In this document: positions 40,640-50,310 of the stretch, one piece after another
How positions within the stretch are numbered: position 1 is the first letter of the stretch
How the letters are laid out: every line of letters begins with the position of its first letter
Assembly: GCF_006345805.1 (NCBI RefSeq)
Contig: NC_043012.1
Span: 15,748,001-15,812,000, forward strand
Length of the DNA stretch: 64,000 nucleotides
Source: Octopus sinensis
Lineage: Eukaryota
Direction of reading: 5' to 3'
Translations under genes and position numbers: made by a program
Notes under the pieces: generated by a model
Seen by the model: the letters and a program-made list of their open reading frames with translations, nothing else
The model's database searches: none
What the model was told of the DNA's origin: nothing

Positions 40640-41005
40640 GTGGAGGCGCAATGGCCCAATGGTTAGGGCAGCGGACTCGCGGTCGGAGGATCGCAGTCTC
40701 GATTCCCAGACCGGGCGTTGTGTGTGTTTATTGAGCGAATACACCTAAAGCACCACGAGGCTCCGGCAGCGGGTGGTGGCGACCCCTGTTGTACTCTTTC
40801 GCCCCAACTTTCTCTCACTCTTTCTTCCTGTTTCTTGTCCCCGACTTCCTACGCAACCGCTGAGCCTGGATGTGTATTCATCCATCCGTCGATGCTCTCG
40901 GTGTCGGGGGTTGACCTGCTGTCTCTTCTGCGGGTCTTACGAATAGCAAAGGACCACGTTTCGGACTTCTCCCATCTTGCGTGCTCTGGGACGAAGACCG
41001 TTCGC
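40640..41005 (+). mobile_element. tRNA-derived SINE, head D plus tail Z
   Basis: GTGGAGGCGCAATGGCCCAATGGTTAGGGCAGCGGACTCGCGG head is shared with 48805-49100; the 3' part differs. Confidence 0.8.
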
Positions 41006-41469
41006 TCAACAGCAACAGCAGCAACAGCAACAGCAGCAGCAGCAGCAACAAATACAACATATCTAAGTACATGTGGTCGTCATCGGTTTTATCTCGTATC
41101 CGAGAATTTCCTTTGCGGAATGTTTCCTTTATGGTGATAGCGTTGATGAATATGTAGACTAATTCTTGCATAGAAGAGTCTAATGGCATTGACTGCATGG
41201 TAACGTTGGCGGAAAACGAGGTTGATTTTGTCGAGCCTTCCTCTTCTGTAATATGATTTCTTACTTTTCTCTTCGGGTGGCTTCGAAGATTTTGGTTTCG
41301 ATGGTGATGGAACACCACCACTTAGAACAACTTGACATCATTTTGAGTACATAACCCCAAACAGACAGAAAAACCTAGGCTCTCGCTTCAGTTGAAATGT
41401 TATTATTGCTGACAGAACCTGGTGACCAAATGGATCAGATATTGACCTATTAGATAACAACTCCGTAAA

Positions 41470-41735
41470 ATTAATTATTAGCAAAGACACAGTATTTCTT
41501 TTTGCAACCATGATATACTACCAACGTTTGCCACTACATACATTTTTTTCTCTTCTTTTTTTCTCTCCTTGTTTCTCTCATTGTTTTTTCTGTGTCCTTT
41601 TCTGTAGAAGAGCGTAGGCTCGAAACGTAAAAGACTTTTTCTATTCCTGAGCGTTATACTAATACATCTGTTTGTTTTATACACCACCTGTCTTTGTCTT
41701 TTGTTTTCTTTTTTCGTAAACTCTCCCTATATTAA
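41470..41735 (+). repeat. Repeat with a hammerhead-like motif (probably PLE-derived)
   Basis: GTCCTTTT-CTGTAGAA-GAGC gtag GCTC-GAAACGTA-AAAGAC at 41594-41635. Confidence 0.35.
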
Positions 41736-41958
41736 AGGCTGACATGTCAATATTATGCCTTGCTCTTGTGTTAGCAGTTCTCATTTTCAAGTGAATCTCT
41801 ACAAATCCTCCCTAGATCTCTGAACAAGCATCGAAAACTACGATGTTTGGCAGGGCATTGTATTGTTTACGTTGTTGTGTTCGTGTGCGAAGCGTCCTTG
41901 CTTTCAGTGCTGAATCTGAATTCTGTGGAGGATGTGTATATATAATCTTTAAAATTCC

Positions 41959-42189
41959 TATTTCTTTAATGCCCACAAAGGGCTAAACACAGAGAGGACA
42001 AACAAGGTCGGACAAACGGATTAAATCGAATATATTGACCCTAGTGCGTGACTGGTACTTATTTAATCGACCCCGAAAGGATGAAAGGCAAAGTCAACCT
42101 AGTCGGAATTTGAACTCAGAACGTAGTGGTAGACGAAATACCGCTAAGCATTTCGCCCGACGTGCTAACGTTTCTGCCAGCTCGCCGCC
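41959..42189 (-). mobile_element. SINE B1, full length
   Basis: 8-bp TSD AAAATTCC at 41951-41958 and 42190-42197. Confidence 0.9.
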
Positions 42190-42484
42190 AAAATTCCGTC
42201 GTAAATACACTGTACATAGGGCTGCTTATACACTGTGTCTGGCATGACATTACCCGGTCATAATTTGTGCTGAGTACTACCTGCACATGCTGTTAGCAAT
42301 CGGAAAATTATAAATTTGATGAATTCATCAACAATTTGCAGTGTTTGGTTCAACTTCTCTTGCTATCAAAGTTGAGTTGACTAAGTATTTGCATACGAAA
42401 ATGTAATCTTCAAAATGCTCACAGTACATCAAAACTCAACTTATCTTCTCCACTATGTATATATATATATATATATATATATAC

Positions 42485-42530
<46 letters not shown>

Positions 42531-42588
42531 CTATATATATATAATATATATATATATATAATATATATATATATAATATATATATATA

Positions 42589-43094
42589 TACTAAGTAATT
42601 AAGGGTTTAGCAACGATTTGCCTCACCACACACCGAATTTAGAAATAGCAGTCAAAGAGTTATAGCTATTCTTTCTACTAAAAGGGAGATCTCAGTAAAA
42701 CCACAGCACTTGAAAGGCAAACACAGACAGGCAAGAGAGAAAGAAATGACGGCAATCTATCATACAATTTTAGTATCTCGAAATTTAATATACAATTATT
42801 CATAATTGTAGTGTCCTACGCTGATGAGAAAAGAAGTTGGGTAAGACATAATTATCTAATTCTTATGCTTTCCTAAAACTTAATTTCGAAACGTACGTCC
42901 GTAGGTGACTTAAAATTGTATGATAGATTGCCGTCATTTCTTTCTCTCTTGCTTGTCTGTGTTTGCCTTTCAAGTGCTGTGGTTTTACTGAGATCTCCCT
43001 TTTAGTAGAAAGAATAGCTATAACTCTTTGACTGCTATTTCTAAATTCGGTGTGTGGTGAGGCAAATCGTTGCTAAACCCTTAATTACTTAGTA
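42589..43094. mobile_element. Fold-back element 1: 184-bp inverted arms around a hammerhead-containing spacer
   Basis: 42589-42772 is the reverse complement of 42911-43094 with one mismatch seen, and the element sits between (TA)n tracts. Confidence 0.92.
42815..42905 (+). ncRNA. Type I hammerhead ribozyme, complete motif
   Basis: Stem I CCTACG/CGTAGG; core CTGATGA (42821-42827); stem II GAAA/TTTC extended by AAGTT/AACTT and AAG(A)CATA/TATGCTT; GAAA (42888-42891); palindromic stem III ACGTACGT; GTC cleavage triplet (cut after 42899). Confidence 0.9.
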
Positions 43095-43192
43095 TTACTT
43101 AAACTTTCCGCGAATGAGGCTTTTACATGCCGAAATCTACTTGGTGAAATTAATGATTATTCCAAATTAATTAATTTCACCCTATATTATTA

Positions 43193-43256
<64 letters not shown>

Positions 43257-43261
43257 AGCAA

Positions 43262-43410
43262 TAAATTAGGGTCTCTGAGAGATACCACCATGCTGAAATA
43301 GCAGTCAAAACCCTGACCCTAAAACCACCTTAAATGTTCATAGGTGGTTTTAGGGTCAGGGTTTTGACTGCTATTTCAGCATGGTGGTATCTCTCAGATA
43401 CCTTAATTTA
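43262..43410. repeat. Fold-back element 2: 57-bp perfect stem with an 11-nt loop
   Basis: 43274-43330 is the exact reverse complement of 43342-43398. It shares GAAATAGCAGTCAAA with element 1. Confidence 0.92.
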
Positions 43411-43494
43411 TAGTTTAAATAATTATTACCTTTGTATGGTATTTATTCCCATGCTGGCCACTAGATAAGATCGATTTTTAAATATCGATATTAT

Positions 43495-43562
<68 letters not shown>

Positions 43563-43570
<8 letters not shown>

Positions 43571-44055
43571 AAAAAAGCAACAAGAATGGATTAATATTTC
43601 GGTACAATTGTTTCGTACGAAGACATCTTTATTAAGGCTGCAAATATTGCAGTAAATATAAGTGACCCGTACTCATCAGCCGAAAAAAACATCTGAGTTC
43701 TCCAAACATCTAAGGGTGTGATGTTACACTCCTGAAACATCAGGTATAGTTCTATAAAAATAAGATTTTGGTAACAAATGGACTTCTAAAAGTTCTTTTA
43801 GTGTTGCACAGCACCTGGTCTATGCGGGCAATGAGTACGGGTCACTTATATTTACTGGAATATTTGCAGCCTTAATAAAGATGTCTTCGTACGAAACAAT
43901 TGTACCGAAATATTAATCCATTCTTGTTGCTTTTTTCTTATTAATAATCACCCCGCATTATCTTATGGTTAACACCATATAGATTTCTGGTGCATCTAAG
44001 TTAAGTACCACATTCATGTGAATTCAACAGAACTCACTTGAATCTTAATTGCTTT

Positions 44056-44060
<5 letters not shown>
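43563..44060. mobile_element. Fold-back element 3: ~112-bp inverted arms, with the hammerhead in the left arm
   Basis: 43563-43676 mirrors 43831-43941 with one mismatch seen, and the element sits between (TA)n tracts. Confidence 0.9.
43597..43685 (-). ncRNA. Type I hammerhead ribozyme, complete motif
   Basis: Minus strand: stem I TTTCGG/CCGAAA; CTGATGA; stem II GTACG/CGTAC with inner hairpin CTGCAA-tat-TTGCAG; GAAA; palindromic stem III ACAATTGT; GTA cleavage triplet. Confidence 0.9.
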
Positions 44061-44107
<47 letters not shown>

Positions 44108-44111
44108 TATA

Positions 44112-45358
44112 CAAAGGTAAGTAAAAAAGTAATGCAATTTTTATTAGACGCACATTTTCAATGGAATTATTCAATATTTAGTACAGATGTAAAGGCATAT
44201 ATATGCTTGATCATTAATTATCTAATTTTGTTTTCAGATATATGAATAAATGATATGATATCAAAATGGCTGCACCGCTGAAAGTCCGCCAGAACAAAGA
44301 GCAGTAATTGTGTTTCTTGCTGCCGAAGGAAAATCTCCTGTAGACATCCACAAAAGACTGAAAAATGTTTACAAAGTTAAAGCTTTAGACGACAGCAAGT
44401 TGCAGGGATGGATCCGCTGTCTGAATGAGGATTCAACAGACGAAAAAAGAATTGGGAAATTCAAGCTTTCCAGATATGCCTCACAATGACAGCCCATAAA
44501 CTTCTGCCAACCCTATCAAGGAAAAAAACCCGCTTTAGTTAGAGCTGATAAGCTCATAACTAAAACTGAGCTGGTATAAGAGCTTGAATTGCTGGATCGC
44601 ACGAATATCCAAAAGTATGTGTCCGCTAGGTAATAAAATAACTGAGAAATGAATACAGGCTGAAAAGGTTAACTGTTACACTGTTGTTAGTATGAGACAA
44701 AACCTTCTTTGAAAGGCTCATAACCAGTTGTGAAATTTGGATTCATCATTATGAACCAGAATCAAAAAGAAAATCAATGGAATAGCGTCTTCTGACATAT
44801 CCAAACATGAAAAGATTCAAGGCAGAAAAGTCAGACGGAAAAAGCGTGCAAGAAGAAAAAACAATCAACTTTGAAGCACCGAGATCCTTGGAAAACCTAG
44901 AGCAAGAATCCGCCGAGTTAAACCAAATTTGGAGATAAAGTTCTTCAACACGATAAAAACAGGCACCACTGAAGCCCTAAAACAAGAGAGGTAGTTAACT
45001 CTTTCAGGTAAACCACTCTGTCGTATCTACCCAACTCATCAAGTTTAGCACTCTCAGACTTCTATCTCTTTGGTTCAATAAAAGAGGCTCTGAGAGGCTA
45101 ACATTATGTTGGTGATGTAGAAATGAAAATTGCTATGAGAAATTGATTACGTCAGTATTCAGCTGAGTTTTACGATGCTGGGATACATGCCCTTACTCGT
45201 AGGTGGAACACTACTATTGAAAGAAGTGGTGACTATGTTGAGAAATAAGGATGTGAGCCTATGATGTATAACTATATTTTGATGTACGATATATTTGATT
45301 GTGTTCCTTATTTTTTTTTATCTAATTAAACAAATCGCATTGCTTTTTAACTCATGAT
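44112..45358 (+). mobile_element. Decayed mariner transposon (second family)
   Basis: TIR remnants AAAAAGTAATGC / GCATTGCTTTTTAACTC. Transposase remnants DIHKRLKNVY, WIHHYEPESKRKSME, LALSDFYLFGSIKEALRG, FYDAGIHAL, GDYVEK*. Confidence 0.85.
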
Positions 45359-47455
45359 CATATATACTATCCTAACTATTTACTTCTCTACATACTTGTG
45401 AATGTATTTACTTCTCTACATACATTAACAAATATATAGATATATAGAGAAAGGAAGACCTCGCATCTTTCTGCAGTGAATCCAAGGGTGCTGGGGAAAG
45501 GGATAAAGTAACAAATACTAATCGGTTCCTGAAATATTTTTATTGGATTCATCTTGCGGTGAGGATGTTTGTCTCTATGGTCTCCGGGCCTACCGTGGTC
45601 GGTGAGATTGTTGTTGTTGTTGTTAATCTTTCTCTTGATTTGTTGTAAGTCAGTGACTGAGCGAAAAACTTACAGAGACCGAATTTCAGAGGGTCAGCAA
45701 TCTAGTGGGTATAACCGGTATAATGGTTAGTGCAGACCCTGGCAGAATTGTCTCAATGTAGGTGACGCGGGGAAAAGAACTAAGTCGGGAATACTTGAGT
45801 TGAGATGGTACAAGTCTGGTTATCTCCAAGGAGTAGATTCACTGTAGGAGCAACAGCACTTGAGTCTCAGTTCAACTTTTTCACAAGAGGTAATTGAAGG
45901 ACGTTGATTATTTGTAAGTTAATGAAAGGTGGAAGAGGAGGAGCGTCCATAACACTTGCTGTTCCTTCCTGGTGATGTTTAAATACCTGTAAATATTGAT
46001 TGGAGACGAAAATACCTGATGTTATACATTTCACTCGTTTCTACAACAACTCTTTTATTGCATACGATTCGACAAAATAAACGACTGTAATTGCAAAGTG
46101 AATCGAAACCGGACTGCTAAGTCGATTTATCATCTGCTGCACCTATTCCAACAATAAAATGACAGACAATACTAAATATAAAATTAATAATACTGCTAAA
46201 GGAAGAAAATGATGTTTCCAGTGCATTAAGTTGTTAACTTTCACTTAATATCACATCCGTTTTCCAATATTTGTAGACCATTGCTGCTGCCACGGTCATC
46301 ACCGATCTCACTAACATCAGCAAAATCACTCCCACCATCACCCGCACCACTACCACTACCACCACGATCACCATCACCACCATCATCACCATCAGCATTA
46401 TCATCGATTATTGTCCCAACTGATCCATTAGCCCCCAATAATCAATGGTCCAGCGCGATGGAAAATGTGTTTGATCGCTCTCTAGATCCAAGCGTGGCCT
46501 TAACCAAATAAACCTGTCAACACATTCAAGCGTCGAAACATCAATTCTATGGCTGTATTAGAGAATAAGTTTTGATTTACGACCGGCTTCCGGTGTTGCA
46601 ATGTAAATATTGCTGTCATTTGTCACTATATTATTTCTCCTTTGTTCTGAATAGAGAGAGAGAGAGAGTTGGGTGGATGTTGGCTTGTTTTTCAAATGTT
46701 CCGTGATGGACAGTAAATCGTTTCATCCATAGTTACGATGTTTCTTTTCGTAGCATGAAAAAATGAGAAGTTTGTTAGGCCCTAGCTCAATGCCTCCCAC
46801 TTCCCATTTCTTGGGAGGAAAGTGGCACTGTCCAAAGGTTGCAGACAGCTCTCTTACTGTGTAGTGCACCCGGTTCTGAGAACACAGAGGGAGAGAGAGT
46901 TGATCTCAGCAGATTAAGAATTCATAAACAGGGTCATAAACCCATCATTCTACCAATCGACTGCTCTCTTCGTGATCATGAAGGGGATGATCTCTTCCTC
47001 CCCCTCCCCCTCCCCTCCTCCTCCTGCTGTTGTCGTTCTTGTTGTTGTTCTTCTCCCCCTCCTCCTCCTCCTCCTCCTACCCGCCTCCTTCTTTTCCTTT
47101 CTTCCTTCTCCTTCTCCCATTCCCTCATCTCATCCTCTTCTTCCCCTCTTTCCCCTTCTTCTTCTTCTTCTTCTTACTATCATTACTATCATTATTGCTA
47201 TTACCGCTCAAATACAATGGACAGTGCTACTGTTGTTGCTGCCGCTGCCTCTCAACACGCACACACACCCTAGACTCTTTCCCAGTAGAAGACCATTCAA
47301 TTAAATGGTTAATTATTCTCTCACTCACCAATACAGATACACTATTTTTCCCTTCTCTTCTATTGATACTAGAAGTGATCATGTTTACCTGAACTAGCTA
47401 AGTGTAGACTATCTGTAGCCATGCCCACTCTATCCACGAGTATGGGAAGCCTACA

Positions 47456-48240
47456 ATGGAACGAGTAGGGTTTCTTCTTCTTTCCAAAATCCTGAGATAT
47501 GGGAACCATTAATTCGAGTCGTTTTATTTCACTTTTTTGCTGCACCGAAGCTGGTAATTTGTAATGATAGAATATTAATTACTTGTGTATATATGTCTAT
47601 ACATGTATATGTGTATACATACATATATTTACATATGCGTACATATATACATGTGTGTGTGTGAGAGAGAGAGAGAGAGAAACAGTGCGTACGCACGCAT
47701 GTATTAGAAAAATGTAAGATAGAATGAAAGTAGTTACACTTCAGTTTGGTTCGTAACGCTTCTGGTGTTGGAAGTAAACAAAAATGAATACATATCATAA
47801 TCTCTTCACAAACACATGACTGATTAATTTATCTTTAAAGGACGATCACCGTTCAGTCATTTGCCTACTTCATGACAATTGCCATTTACATCAATGATTT
47901 TCTAGTATTTGTATGGAATAGTTAAACCAATTGACAGCATCAAAATATATATGTACATAGTTGTTGTATTTAGGAATGGTCATTTTGCCAGTTTAGCCAA
48001 TAAAAACACATGCACTATATACTTGGTGGCCTACACTGGAATGAGTAGGGTTTCTTTCCAAAAATCCTGAGATATGGGTACCATTAATTCGAGTCGTTTT
48101 TTTCACTTTTTTTTCTGCACTGAATCTGGTAATTTGTAATTTGTATTGGCTAAACTGGCAAAATGACCATTCCTAAATACAACAACATCTGTTTCAGCAC
48201 ACGATTTCACATCAAGAAACTTGTAAAACAAATATATAAA
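47456..48240. repeat. Rearranged unclassified repeat (a direct ~100 bp duplication plus a 43-bp inverted pair)
   Basis: 47456-47560 recurs at 48037-48140. GTTGTTGTATTTAGGAATGGTCATTTTGCCAGTTTAGCCAATA (~47960-48002) is mirrored at ~48143-48186. Confidence 0.7.
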
Positions 48241-48804
48241 CGTATGTACATAGTGTTCGGGCTAAATTTGACAATATTTTTATGTCTCTTTTTTTTTCTG
48301 AAAAAGCTTGGTGTATTCATGAATAGTCAACGGTTTCGGGAGAGCATAAAAATGAAAGTTGTAAATGAGAAAAAGTTAGCTGACATGGAGAACTGAAAGC
48401 CATCTGGATATTGGAAAAGTGTTACTTGTATCATGAGATTCACGCCGGTTATCAAAATGCCGACATCGTAACTATAGCTCGATGCTCTTGATAAAGGCTA
48501 ACACGACATGAACAGCTACAGTAGGAAGGGACACAGCAGGTGTTATGACTACGTCTAAACGCCGGAATTCATCCCCACATCTTTGAACTGGGGCCTGGGT
48601 TCAATTTACGTAGATGGTTATGTGGTAAGCTGTTGGAGATTGTGGTCAAATCCTGGCTAGTCAGGATTTGGGGTTGTTGTTGGAAGGTCATATGTGTGGC
48701 AGCAGGATTCGCGTCCTTACTCGGAAGTTGTAGTCGGAGAATTTCTACGACTTCACCAGCCACAATCTCTGGTTTCCTAATTCCCAAGGTTGTGATCCCA
48801 TGGA

Positions 48805-49100
48805 TTACTATGTTGTTTGTTCCTTCTCATAAGGGCCTGTTTCCCGGTTTCCTTGGCGTATAGGTTCCCCACCTGGACGGGACGCCGGTCCGTCGCAGGT
48901 GAGCTGCAAGATGCAGGAGGAAAGAGTGAGAGAAAGTTGTGGCGAAAGAGTCAGCAGAAGTTCGCCATTACCTTCTGCCGGAGCCGCGTGGAGCTCAGGT
49001 GTTTCACTCATAAACACACACATCGCCCGGTCTGAGATTCGAACCCGCGATCCCTTGACCGCGAGTCCGCTGCTCTAACCACTAGGCCATGTGCCTCCAC
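48805..49100 (-). mobile_element. tRNA-derived SINE, head D plus tail X
   Basis: Head GTGGAGGCACATGGCCTAGTGGTTAG, B box GGTTCGAATCTC, tail CCTGCGACGGACCGGCGTCCCGTCCAG. Confidence 0.85.
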
Positions 49101-49447
49101 ATTGATTACGATGGGTGGAGCGTGGTTGAGAAAGACACCAGCAACTCTGCCTGCAACACTAAGGCTGAGCTGGTGAGCAAGATAGAGGAAGCATTCGAAG
49201 AAAATGTGAAGCCATGGTGGAAGTTGAGAGAGGCTACTTTGAGAAAACTATTACCCCCCCCCCCACCAGCCACAATCTCGTTGATATTTTTTTTATTAAA
49301 AGAAAGTTATTTTTGGAAGGAATAGTGTTTTCTTCTTTCATTCAGACTCTCAAATTTATCCCGAAACCCTGCATGTATGTATGTATGTATGTATGTATGT
49401 ATGTATGTATGTATGTATGTATGTATGTATGTATGTGTGTGTGTGTG

Positions 49448-49494
<47 letters not shown>

Positions 49495-49704
49495 TGCGTG
49501 CGCGTATGTTATAGCTGAATGCTTAAGAAGTTCGTTTCGCAAACAACAGAACACGAGGTCTTGGGTCTTGAGTGAAACTTCGTAGGTGGAATCCTCGTGG
49601 AAGTCCGTTGGACGGAGAATACTTGTGATTTAAAGGTCCACCAATGCCGCATATTGTCACAATATTTTTGTTCTGTTTTCTTGTTTTAATGTTCTTTATG
49701 TTCT

Positions 49705-49960
49705 GATTTCAAATTTGCTGAGGTCGAGTTAGCATTTCAGCCGTTTGTTGTCGATAAAATAAGTACCAGCTGAACACCGGGGCCGATGTAATCGACTTAC
49801 CACCTCCCATGAACTGGCCTTGTGCCAAAATTTGAAACGACTATTACGCTAATCTGTGATGGCGGCAAGATAGCAGAATTTGAAACGACAATTACGCTAT
49901 CTGATGGTGGCGTGATAGCAGCCTTTTGGTGTCGATAAAATAAGTACAAGGTGAGCACTG
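49705..49960 (+). mobile_element. Diverged SINE B2 fragments
   Basis: GAGGTCGAGTTAGCATTTCAGCCG...GTCGATAAAATAAGTACCAG...GGCCTTGTGCCAAAATTTGAAAC. Confidence 0.7.
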
Positions 49961-50310
49961 GGCCCAATGCCTCAGATTTCAATCTCTGGGCCTAGAATGG
50001 AAACACTTATTACGCTGTCTCTCCAAGTAATCCACACTATCCTAACTATTTCTCCCCAAGCTGTGTCTCATTTTTCAGCATTTTCTCCTTATTTTTATAC
50101 CTTAGCTTTTTTTTTTCAATGCAATGTTATACATTTTGCTTTCGTTTGTAATTTACTAACACTTTATATTTCTGTATTAAGTTACAGCAGATATTTCCCA
50201 CAATGTGATGACGTGTACTTGACGGGGTGAACGTTTCATAACTATGTTTTTGAGAATCCCAAAATAGACTTTGAGATGAAGTAGATACTACTTAAGAATA
50301 GAAATCTTAA

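Noticed and set aside
40640-40715. tRNA gene (also at 35071, 49030 and 26700)
   Set aside because: The cloverleaf is incomplete and continues directly into a SINE body; these are SINE heads.
46241-47392. Pro/Ser/Gly/Leu-rich ORFs as host exons
   Set aside because: They are built from (CAT)n, (CAC)n, (CCT)n and (CTT)n simple repeats, with no recognisable domain or splice evidence.
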